Below, piece by piece: positions 9,387-17,086 of a DNA stretch of 32,000 nt (within the stretch, counting starts at the first letter, position 1; the number at the start of each line of letters is the position of its first letter). The DNA lies in NCBI RefSeq assembly GCF_000010625.1, contig NC_010296.1, positions 4,560,001 through 4,592,000 on the forward strand, given 5' to 3'. A program made the position numbers and the translations under genes. The notes under the pieces were generated by a model. The model did no database searches. It was not told the DNA's origin and saw only the letters and a list, made by a program, of their open reading frames with translations. The stretch is from Microcystis aeruginosa NIES-843 (lineage in GTDB: Bacteria; Cyanobacteriota; Cyanobacteriia; Cyanobacteriales; Microcystaceae).

Positions 9387-10397
9387 ATGAACTACGGTAT
9401 TTACACCCTCGGTAATGATGTCGTGTTTGACCAACTGGTGGCCTTGCTGAATAGCATCGCCGTCAATGCGGGTGCGGGTATGCCCGTCTGCGTCATCGCC
9501 TACGACGACCGCTTGGAAAAAACCGCCGCCGAAATCGCCACCCGTCCCAATGTCACCCTCTGGAATGACAAAGATCTGTTTAAGCCGTGGGAGGACTTTT
9601 CGTTACAAGTCTGGCAAGCTCACCCCACAGCACTGCAACATTGGCGGAAAACTGAAGGCATACAAGGAGTACGACGGTTGGGTATGAACCGCCGTTACTG
9701 TGCCTTTGACCCCAACGCCCCCTTTGAAAAATTCATCTACATTGATGCAGATGCGCTGATTTTGGATGATGTCACCCCTGTGTTTGAACAGTTAGACAGT
9801 TGTGATGTGGTGACTTACGACTTTCAGTACAAAGACCCTACCCACATTTACAATGTCAATTCGCCGAAACTGCTGGAAGTGTTTCCCCAAGAACGGATCG
9901 AGGCGGAGATCTTTTGTGCTGGGTTCTACGCCTCCAAGCGCGGCTTTATGCTGTCGGAACAAAGGGATTGGCTAGTGGCAAGGCTACAGGAGGGCGAGGC
10001 AGAGGTGTTGTATCCCTCGGCTCCCAATCAGTCGGTGCTGAACTATATGGTGATGAGATCGCAGCTATCCGTCTCTAACTTAGCGAAAGAATGGCCTGCC
10101 AGTCGTCGCACCGGTAACGCCGTCACCTCCGCCCATTTCCAACAACGGGATGGGCTATTATACGACCACGACAAACGCTTGACATACCTTCACTACATTG
10201 GTTTATCTTCCTCTCTGTTCACTCGACTTTGTAGCGGTGAAAATCTCGATTTTCCCTATCGAGATATTTTCTTACACTATCGTTATCTCTACGAACCTAG
10301 TCAACGTCCTGTTTTTACCGATAGTCCCAAACCCTATCAACCACCTACCCCAACCTTTTGGCAAAAAGTAACCAGAAAACTCGGTTTAGGAAAATAA
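9387..10397 (+). CDS. GT8-like nucleotide-diphospho-sugar transferase-fold protein, paralog 1 (GC-rich 5' part)
   Basis: The layout is GT8-like: N-terminal YTLGNDVVFDQLVALLNSI, a DxD motif (FIYIDADALILDDV), FCAGFYASK, PNQSVLNYMV and LHYIG. It is a paralog of 10937-11935. The family name is not verified. Confidence 0.55.
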   Translation: MNYGIYTLGNDVVFDQLVALLNSIAVNAGAGMPVCVIAYDDRLEKTAAEIATRPNVTLWNDKDLFKPWEDFSLQVWQAHPTALQHWRKTEGIQGVRRLGMNRRYCAFDPNAPFEKFIYIDADALILDDVTPVFEQLDSCDVVTYDFQYKDPTHIYNVNSPKLLEVFPQERIEAEIFCAGFYASKRGFMLSEQRDWLVARLQEGEAEVLYPSAPNQSVLNYMVMRSQLSVSNLAKEWPASRRTGNAVTSAHFQQRDGLLYDHDKRLTYLHYIGLSSSLFTRLCSGENLDFPYRDIFLHYRYLYEPSQRPVFTDSPKPYQPPTPTFWQKVTRKLGLGK

Positions 10398-10404
10398 TAA
10401 TTAG

Positions 10405-10499
10405 GAGTGAATAATCAGTTTTCAGGTTATTAAAGACTGATTATTTGTTGCCCCTTTTGCCTGTCCTGATATGTAGCCTATACTCAACGGATTTAGTAT
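10405..10499. mobile_element. MITE-like element, family 2 (partial or variant copy)
   Basis: The reverse complement of 10426-10499 matches 18300-18400 (actaaatccgttgagtataggctacatatcagga...aataatcagt.tttaataacc). It begins a few bp after the stop codon of paralog 1. The left boundary is uncertain. Confidence 0.5.
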
Positions 10500-10650
10500 C
10501 AGTTATCTTAAGGGTGAGTTAGGAAGTCTCTGGTTTTAGGAAACGGGGAACAGCCAAGGAGCAACATTAGCTGGTCGTCTGGGGATGATAGCAAATTAGA
10601 TCATACTTCATTGGTGTGAGAAACGCTGTAATTGTAAATATTTATTACAT

Positions 10651-10865
10651 AGGGTTTGCTGAATAAATCTAAAAACCTTGTTGGATAAGGTTTTTAGACT
10701 TTTTTGACCTCAAAAAGTGCCGACCATTGGAGTGATTGGGGGGAAAATTCAGGTACTTTTTCCCTGAAAATTAGGTAGTTGACCACCTGAAAATCGATAA
10801 AACCCCACACCCCACACCCCACACCCCACACCCTGCCCCCAGGAAAAACTTTTTCAGCAAGCCCT
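10651..10865 (-). mobile_element. MITE family 1, copy A (about 215 bp, TIR AGGGYYTGCTGAA)
   Basis: It is the near-exact reverse complement of 11941-12156. The terminal inverted repeats are agggtttgctgaa and ttcagcaagccct. It carries an internal (CCCCACA)n array and is flanked by the direct repeat ACAT on both sides. Confidence 0.8.
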
Positions 10866-10936
10866 ACATAAGTTAAGATCCTCCCTAAAATAAGGGGAAA
10901 GATAGGATGTTTTGATTTTTCTACTTGGGATTACTT

Positions 10937-11935
10937 ATGGAAGGTATTTGTACCTTAGCCAACGATCGCGTTTACGATCAATTAGTCGCCCTACTCAACA
11001 GCATCGAGGTAAATGCGGGAAAGGCTCTTCCTGTTTGTGTCTATCCCTACGATGACAACACCGAACGTATCAAGGCGGAAATTGCTCAACGTCCTAAGGT
11101 ACAGTTATTTGATAATCAGGAAATTATCGAACGCTGGGATAATTTCGCTAAATCTGCTTGGGAACCCCATCCTACCGCTAAAGAACGCTGGTTAAAGGCT
11201 GGTAGCAAAGGTTATCATCGTTTTGGTACCCATCGTCGTTATTGTGCCTTTGATGGGCCGTTCGATCGCTTTATCTACATGGATGGTGATACCCTATTGA
11301 TGAGTCCCTTAGATCGGGTTTTTGCACAGTTAGATAATTATGATTGTGTGGTCTACGATTTTCAGCACAAAGATATCACCCACGTTTATGAAGTTACTTC
11401 CCCAAAATTATTAGAAATCTTTCCCCAAGAACGTCTTAACCAAGAAATTTTCTGTTCGGGTTTTTATGGCTCAAAAAAAGGTTTATTTGACGGGGAACGC
11501 CGTAATTGGCTAATCGAACAATTGCGAGCAGGAGAAGCAGAAATTCTCTATCCGATGGCTCCCGATCAAACTATTGTCAATTATATGATGATGCGCTCAA
11601 ATTTTTCTATATATAATCTAGCTCTTCAATTGCCTAAAGAAGAACGCACCGGCTGCTGTGTCACCTCTCCCCATTTTCAGGCTTTAGATAATATTCTTTA
11701 TGATCAGGGCAACCGCTTGACATACCTTCACTACATTGGTTTATCTTCCTCTCTGTTCACGCGACTTTGTAGCGGTGAAAATCTCGATTTTCCCTATCGA
11801 GATATTTTCTTACACTATCGTTATCTCTACCAACCTAGTCAACGCCCTATATTTACCGGCAGTCCCAAACCCTATCAACCACCGACCCCAACTTTTTGGC
11901 AAAAAGTAACCAGAAAACTCGGTTTAGGAAAATAA
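10937..11935 (+). CDS. GT8-like nucleotide-diphospho-sugar transferase-fold protein, paralog 2 (host-like composition)
   Basis: It has the same motif layout as paralog 1 (FIYMDGDTLLMS, FCSGFYGSK, PDQTIVNYMM, LHYIG). I prefer the ATG at 10937 (MEGICTLANDRVYDQL, aligning with MNYGIYTLGNDVVFDQL) over the TTG at 10925 in the ORF track. Confidence 0.6.
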   Translation: MEGICTLANDRVYDQLVALLNSIEVNAGKALPVCVYPYDDNTERIKAEIAQRPKVQLFDNQEIIERWDNFAKSAWEPHPTAKERWLKAGSKGYHRFGTHRRYCAFDGPFDRFIYMDGDTLLMSPLDRVFAQLDNYDCVVYDFQHKDITHVYEVTSPKLLEIFPQERLNQEIFCSGFYGSKKGLFDGERRNWLIEQLRAGEAEILYPMAPDQTIVNYMMMRSNFSIYNLALQLPKEERTGCCVTSPHFQALDNILYDQGNRLTYLHYIGLSSSLFTRLCSGENLDFPYRDIFLHYRYLYQPSQRPIFTGSPKPYQPPTPTFWQKVTRKLGLGK

Positions 11936-11940
11936 TCATT

Positions 11941-12156
11941 AGGGTCTGCTGAAAAAGTTTGTTGGTGGGGGCAGGGTGTGGGGTGTGGGGTGTGGGGTGT
12001 AGGGTTTTACCGATTTTGAGGTAGTCAGTTACCTAATTTTCAGGGAAAAAGTACCTGAATTTTACCCCCGATCCCTCCAATGGTCGGCACTTTTTGAGGT
12101 CAAAAAAGTCTAAAAGCCTTATCCAACAAGGTTTTTAGATTTATTCAGCAAGCCCT
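11941..12156 (+). mobile_element. MITE family 1, copy B
   Basis: It starts 5 bp after the paralog 2 stop codon. The TIRs are agggtctgctgaa and ttcagcaagccct. It has an internal (GGGGTGT)n array of about 4 units. The flanking 4-mers are CATT and AATT. Confidence 0.8.
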
Positions 12157-12344
12157 AATTATAGTCACTTCAATTAAGATTGAATCGTATCAGACTTATC
12201 TGAAATGACTATCCCTTTTGAAGGACTAATCTTCTGATAAGAAGAGTCCAGGCGAAAAAAAACCAAAAAGTAGCGGAATGTATAGCGCGCCACTACATCT
12301 CAGAAAAAACCTCTTACAATAGAGACAAAAGTGATCGGAGATCA

Positions 12345-12560
12345 ATGGGGGTGAACGTCATGTTAGTGATTTTAACCGACGAACACATTCTCGATACGGG
12401 TTCTGTCTGTCAGGGCTGTCTTTTAGCCAACCAGCAGGGACAACCCCGGTGGCGAGAGGGTAAACTAGGCTGTGGTCACTCCTTGGGTAAAGGAGGAAGC
12501 CAACAGCCCAATCTCTACGAGTGTCAGATGGGCTTTACAATTGCTAATATTGAAGGCTAA
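12345..12560 (+). CDS. Small Cys-rich hypothetical protein (71 aa); coding status uncertain
   Basis: The ORF contains CQGC...CGH...C spacing. GGAG lies upstream of the ATG. I recognise no family. Confidence 0.3.
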   Translation: MGVNVMLVILTDEHILDTGSVCQGCLLANQQGQPRWREGKLGCGHSLGKGGSQQPNLYECQMGFTIANIEG

Positions 12561-12656
12561 TCAGACCTTTTAAATGCTCAACTTAGAGTTGAGTTAGGGG
12601 TATTTTCTTGGGACTCGGAGGAGAGAATCAAGGCTATTACTAATACCCAATTCAGT

Positions 12657-13478
12657 TTAGATACAATGACAATAATGGCTGAGGGTTTCGTAGCATCGAT
12701 CGTAGGCTTTTTGGGCTTGGGTTAAAACAGCGTCGGAAATTTCTATATCTAATTTTCTGGCTTGTTTAATAATTTTACCCGCTTTGATATTCTCGGAAGA
12801 ATCTCCTATACCGCGGCTGCCAGTGGTTTTTAAAACTCGATATTCTTCAGAAAATCCCGTTTTAGTATCGAGATGACTCTGTAAACTATTAAAAACCAAC
12901 TGACTTTGGTTTAATACCTGATCGTGGGTGATAAATAAACTCTTTTCTTTGCTGTTAATTAATTGAGCATAACTTTCTAAGGTGGCTAAACGACCGGTAT
13001 AATAACCCAGGGCGTGCTGCTCGTTTTGATGCGGTTTAATATCTAGAATACTAGCTAAAGTGCGCTGCGGTTCTCGTAGTAAAAATATGGTCTTAACCGG
13101 ATCAGATTGCAAAAAACTATGATCTAAAAACTTCTGATCGTGAAGAACTTTATCTAAAATATATTTATGATTCATGTTTAAATCTTTCAACCGCCAGTAG
13201 AGTTGAAACATTAAAGTTTTAAAATCCTCTTCACTCTCATAAACCAGATGAGTTTCGCCAAAACCGATAATTTCAGGATTAGAATTGAGGATATGGGTCA
13301 ATAAAGACGAACCCGATCGCATATGGCTAAGAATAAATAAAACCTGATAGGGTTGGGGACGAAAGAGAATTTTATAGGGGTCTTTGGGTGTATCAATGCG
13401 TACCTGAAAATACTTATAAGTTAAACGATGGGTTAAACCCTGCCAAGATTGGGGTAAGCGATCGAGGGCTATAGTCAT
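12657..13478 (-). CDS. PAPS-dependent sulfotransferase family protein
   Basis: It has a 5'-PSB loop (FILSHMRSGSSLLTHIL) and a 3'-PB-like segment (IFLLREPQRTLASIL), both typical of cytosolic-type sulfotransferases. Confidence 0.75.
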   Translation of the reverse strand: MTIALDRLPQSWQGLTHRLTYKYFQVRIDTPKDPYKILFRPQPYQVLFILSHMRSGSSLLTHILNSNPEIIGFGETHLVYESEEDFKTLMFQLYWRLKDLNMNHKYILDKVLHDQKFLDHSFLQSDPVKTIFLLREPQRTLASILDIKPHQNEQHALGYYTGRLATLESYAQLINSKEKSLFITHDQVLNQSQLVFNSLQSHLDTKTGFSEEYRVLKTTGSRGIGDSSENIKAGKIIKQARKLDIEISDAVLTQAQKAYDRCYETLSHYCHCI

Positions 13479-13568
13479 AGGTTAATAAGGAATTGTGTCA
13501 ACTTGTCGCGAAGATTCCCCTATAATGTATCCCATTTAAGACCCAAACAAAAGTGAGGTTTATACAAA

Positions 13569-14510
13569 ATGGGATTGCCAAGTTGTTCGCTCTGGTTTTT
13601 TACGGCGCGAACCGATGTCTGGTTTATGATGAACACTATTCCCCATCTAGTCAAAATGAGTCAGTTTCCCTTCGAGGAAAAGGTACTCGCTATTGACACG
13701 GCCCCTTTAAGCGGGGAAAAGGTTAATCGCCCCGGACTGGGTACAATGGAGGAGTTAAGAGCCTGTGGTGAAAAATTAGTTAAAGATGGCATAATCGATC
13801 GCCTAGTGGATTTTAACTACGATCCCAGCTATCGTCAGCGCATCTATCAAAAGCATTTCGGCAGTCCCCTCCGTTCCACCCATAACTACAAAGGTTATCC
13901 GATTTTCGGCTCGATCTTCAAAATCGAGTCCTGTCGCAGCGATTATATGGTCCATTATGACAGCGACATGATGCTCTACCAAGAACCGGATTACAGTTGG
14001 ATTCGCGAAGGGATCGAGTTAATGGAAACCCATCCAGAAATGATGTTTGTGCGTCCTTTGTCCGGTCCGCCGCGGCCCGATGGTACGATTGATTCTGCCC
14101 ATCCCTGCACGAAAAATCCCGATGGATTCTATCAATTTAAATTTTTTGGTAGTCGTGCCTATCTACTTAATTGTCGTCGCTACGATCGCCTTTTACCGAT
14201 CACCCCCCTCTGGCGCTCTTATAAAAATACCTTTCTCGATCATTTACCCGATGGTTTAAAAACTTGGGGCAATATTTTGACCGGCAAAGGAAAACTCGAC
14301 TCTTGGGAAATTATGGTTTCTCGCTCCCTAGAACAAAGCAACTACTATCGCGCCACTCTCACCAATGCCAAGGGTTGGACTCTGCACCCCAACGAGCGCT
14401 CTGCCGCTTTTAGGCAAGCTTGGCCGACTATTATCGAAAAAATCGAAGCGGGTATTTACCCACCGACCCAAGCTGGTTATTATGACCTGATCCCGGAATT
14501 ATGGTATTAA
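13569..14510 (+). CDS. Hypothetical protein, possibly a glycosyltransferase-like fold
   Basis: The 313-aa ORF contains HIP1-type sites and an acidic DxD-like motif (MVHYDSDMMLY). It is divergent from the sulfotransferase across a 90 bp spacer. The functional call is weak and the start could be M20/M21. Confidence 0.4.
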   Translation: MGLPSCSLWFFTARTDVWFMMNTIPHLVKMSQFPFEEKVLAIDTAPLSGEKVNRPGLGTMEELRACGEKLVKDGIIDRLVDFNYDPSYRQRIYQKHFGSPLRSTHNYKGYPIFGSIFKIESCRSDYMVHYDSDMMLYQEPDYSWIREGIELMETHPEMMFVRPLSGPPRPDGTIDSAHPCTKNPDGFYQFKFFGSRAYLLNCRRYDRLLPITPLWRSYKNTFLDHLPDGLKTWGNILTGKGKLDSWEIMVSRSLEQSNYYRATLTNAKGWTLHPNERSAAFRQAWPTIIEKIEAGIYPPTQAGYYDLIPELWY

Positions 14511-14550
14511 AAGAGCGTTAGTTCTCTAGATTTGAGGTGAGGTGGTACTT

Positions 14551-14751
14551 AGGGTCTGCTGAAAAAGTTTTTCCCGGTGGCAGGGTGTGGGGTGTGGGGT
14601 TTTACTCATTTTCAGGTGGTCAATTACCTAATTTTCAGGGAAAAAGTCCAGGAATTTTACCCCCGATCACTCCAATGCTAGGCACTTTTTGAGGTCAAAA
14701 AAGCCTAAAAACCTTATCCAACAAGCTTTTTAGATTTATTCAGCAAGCCCT
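14551..14751 (+). mobile_element. MITE family 1, copy C
   Basis: It has the same orientation and sequence as copy B but only about 2 GGGGTGT units. It is flanked by the direct repeat ACTT on both sides. An extra solo TIR-like agggcttgctg follows at 14756-14766. Confidence 0.75.
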
Positions 14752-14960
14752 ACTTAGGGCTTGCTGGTGAAGCGATCGCCGCTTAGATTTCATAGCACCG
14801 GCTGTAAGCGCCTGTTGTTTTCGTTAAACGATGTAATATTTTGTGTACACCGCAACTCATTGACGATTGCGTAATGTAGAAAGTGAGTGCGGCGACAATT
14901 GTACTTGTCAAACAATGGTATAGTACAAGTAAATTGCTAATTATCGGCAGGTAGCGTCTG

Positions 14961-16285
14961 TCATCGAAAATTTGGGTCTGAAACCCCGCCGTTTTACGGC
15001 GGCTTTGCTGTTAAATATGAGCATCGTTTACGAAATATATGCTAAAATGTGAGGTATGGAAAAAGCCTATTCGTTTCGATTTTACCCCACACCCGAACAA
15101 GAGTCGCTATTGCGGCGCACTTTGGGCTGTGTAAGATTAGTTTACAACAAAGCTCTCCACGAACGAACACAAGCTTGGTATGAAAGACAAGAAAGAGTAG
15201 GCTACGCTCAAACTTCTTCAATGTTGACCGATTGGAAAAAGCAAGAAGAATTAGACTTTTTAAACGAAGTTAGCTGTGTACCTTTACAACAAGGGTTAAG
15301 ACACCTACAAACAGCTTTTACTAATTTCTTTGCTGGTCGTACTAAGTATCCTAACTTTAAGAAAAAACATCAAGGAGGAAGTGCCGAATTTACCAAATCT
15401 GCTTTTAAATTCAAAGACAAACAAATCTATTTAGCTAAATGCACAGAACCCTTACCTATTCGATGGTCAAGACAAATACCAGAAAGCTGTGAACCAAGCA
15501 CAGTAACAGTCAGATTACATCCTTCTGGACGTTGGCATATTTCAATAAGATTTGATGACCCAACAATCCAGCCATTACCCCCAACCGATAAAGCCATCGG
15601 AATTGACTTAGGAATTAGTAGCCTTGTGATTACCAGCGATGGCGATAAAGTGTCTAATCCCAAGCATTTTAACAAGCATTATCGGAGACTGCGAAGAGCA
15701 TCTAAAAATCTTTCTAGAAAACAGAAAGGCTCAAAAAATCGGGAAAAAGCGAGAATCAAAGTAGCAAGGATTCACGCTCAAATTACTGATAGTAGAAAAG
15801 ACCATTTACATAAGCTAACCACTCAATTAGTTCGTGAAAACCAAACGATTGTTGTTGAGAATTTAGCCGTTAAGAATATGGTCAAAAACCCGAAATTATC
15901 TCAGGCAATATCTGACGTAAGCTGGGGAGAAATAACCCGACAATTAGCCTATAAATGCCGTTGGTATGGGAGAAATTACATCGAAATAGATAGATGGTTT
16001 CCTAGCTCTAAAAGGTGTAGTAATTGCGGGTATATTGCTGAGAAAATGCCGTTAAATATTCGAGAGTGGGATTGTCCAGACTGTGGGACGCACCATGACC
16101 GAGATATTAACGCTAGTAAAAATATTTTGGCCGCAGGGCTTGCGGTGTCAGTCTGTCGAGCGACCATAAGACCAGAACAGAGTAAATCTGTTAAGGCAGG
16201 TGCGAAAAATCCTTCGGGAAAGAAACAGAAACCTAAATCGTGAGGTTTGGGAATCACCGTCCGTTCACGGCGGTGAGGATGTCAA
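14961..16285 (+). mobile_element. IS200/IS605-family, tnpB-only (IS1341-type) element, copy 1 (1325 bp)
   Basis: I delimited it by aligning it to the inverted copy at 18424-19748. The left end has the hairpin ccgccgTTTTAcggcgg (14986-15002). The right end has the bulged hairpin tcaccgtccgTTCAcggcggtga (16254-16276). Similarity to copy 2 stops after ...gaggatgtcaa. There is no tnpA. Boundaries are good to about 5 bp. Confidence 0.8.
15056..16243 (+). CDS. tnpB: TnpB (OrfB) RNA-guided endonuclease of an IS200/IS605-family element
   Basis: It has the N-terminal MEKAYSFRFYPTPEQESLLRRTLGCVRLVYNKAL. The RuvC motifs are intact: IGIDLG (D), VVENL (E) and HDRDINASKNI (D). It also has the zinc finger CSNCG...CPDCG. 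Confidence 0.93.
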   Translation: MEKAYSFRFYPTPEQESLLRRTLGCVRLVYNKALHERTQAWYERQERVGYAQTSSMLTDWKKQEELDFLNEVSCVPLQQGLRHLQTAFTNFFAGRTKYPNFKKKHQGGSAEFTKSAFKFKDKQIYLAKCTEPLPIRWSRQIPESCEPSTVTVRLHPSGRWHISIRFDDPTIQPLPPTDKAIGIDLGISSLVITSDGDKVSNPKHFNKHYRRLRRASKNLSRKQKGSKNREKARIKVARIHAQITDSRKDHLHKLTTQLVRENQTIVVENLAVKNMVKNPKLSQAISDVSWGEITRQLAYKCRWYGRNYIEIDRWFPSSKRCSNCGYIAEKMPLNIREWDCPDCGTHHDRDINASKNILAAGLAVSVCRATIRPEQSKSVKAGAKNPSGKKQKPKS

Positions 16286-16301
16286 AGATATAGCTTGTGG
16301 A
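16130..16301 (+). ncRNA. Putative omega-RNA (reRNA) of TnpB copy 1: scaffold spanning the tnpB 3' end and right end, plus about 16 nt of flanking guide
   Basis: I placed it by analogy with characterised TnpB systems, where the RNA overlaps the tnpB 3' end and right end and the guide is the DNA just beyond the right-end boundary. Here that is agatatagcttgtgga. The 5' end is a guess. Confidence 0.3.
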
Positions 16302-16309
16302 GTTAAAAT

Positions 16310-17086
16310 ATGTCTAGTACACACACTGGTATTGAGTGGACTGATAAAACGTGGAATCCAACAACTGGGTGCGATAAAATTAGCACTGGCTGTCTGCATT
16401 GTTATGCCGAAGCTATTACACAGCGTTTTCCCAAGAACTTTCCCAATGGATTCAGCTTGACTTTGCATCCAGAAAGATTGGAAGAACCCTTACGTTGGCG
16501 CACTCCCAGTCGAGTTTTTGTCAACTCAATGAGTGACCTTTTTCATGATGATGTGCCTCTCGACTTTATCAGACAAGTTTTCTCAGTTATTCATTCAACA
16601 CCTTGGCATATATATCAGATTCTAACAAAGCGACAAAGCCGTTTAGGTGATTTAGCGTCTCAATTAGATTTTCCAGAAAACATTTGGCTAGGTGTATCTG
16701 TCGAGAACCAAAACCACATAGATCGGATTGAATATCTTCGGACAGTTCCTGTTTCAGTGCGTTTCATTTCATGTGAGCCACTTTTAGGACCACTAGAACT
16801 TAATTTAACTAGCATTGATTGGGTTATTGTCGGCGGAGAATCCGGGCAAAAACATCGCCAGATGAAACTTGACTGGGCAAGGGATATCCGCAATCAATGT
16901 CAAAATTCAGGGGTAGCATTTTTTTTCAAACAAGTTGGGGGAAGGACACCGAAAGCAGCAGGTAGATTACTTGATGATAAAATCTGGGACGAGATGCCTA
17001 ATGCCTGGAATCAGCATATCCAAACATGGGGAAGTGTCCCACTTAAATCGGCGAGGCGGTTAGAAAAATTAGAGCTTATTGCTTAA
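16310..17086 (+). CDS. DUF5131 / phage Gp37-Gp68 family protein (three-Cys motif, radical-SAM-like)
   Basis: The N-terminus TGIEWTDKTWNPTTGCDKISTGCLHCYAE is the hallmark of this family and contains a CX6CX2C triad. There is also a VIVGGESG (GGE-type) motif. SD GGAG sits at 16299-16302. The ATG is only 24 bp from the IS right end. Confidence 0.85.
   Translation: MSSTHTGIEWTDKTWNPTTGCDKISTGCLHCYAEAITQRFPKNFPNGFSLTLHPERLEEPLRWRTPSRVFVNSMSDLFHDDVPLDFIRQVFSVIHSTPWHIYQILTKRQSRLGDLASQLDFPENIWLGVSVENQNHIDRIEYLRTVPVSVRFISCEPLLGPLELNLTSIDWVIVGGESGQKHRQMKLDWARDIRNQCQNSGVAFFFKQVGGRTPKAAGRLLDDKIWDEMPNAWNQHIQTWGSVPLKSARRLEKLELIA

Noticed and set aside
9466-9687. A 73-aa alternative-frame ORF inside GT8-like paralog 1 (similarly 11013-11195 and 14047-14259)
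   Set aside because: These are same-strand overlapping frames within longer motif-bearing ORFs. The first is a by-product of the locally high GC content.
15056-16243. The TnpB copies as domesticated nuclease-dead regulators (TldR-like)
   Set aside because: Both copies retain the RuvC D/E/D residues, the zinc finger, full length and intact IS end hairpins. They look like ordinary, possibly active, TnpB.
15976-16257. A 93-aa ORF antisense to the tnpB 3' end, with a twin at 18452-18733. Also the antisense ORFs at 15427-15675 and 19061-19282.
   Set aside because: These lie entirely inside the strongly supported tnpB frames and have no motifs. They are conserved between the two copies only because the IS copies are near-identical.
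16200-16468. ORFs at 16200-16460 (+) and 16265-16468 (-) spanning the IS right end and the DUF5131 start
   Set aside because: They cross the IS boundary and overlap the well-supported tnpB and DUF5131 frames. They are chance ORFs.
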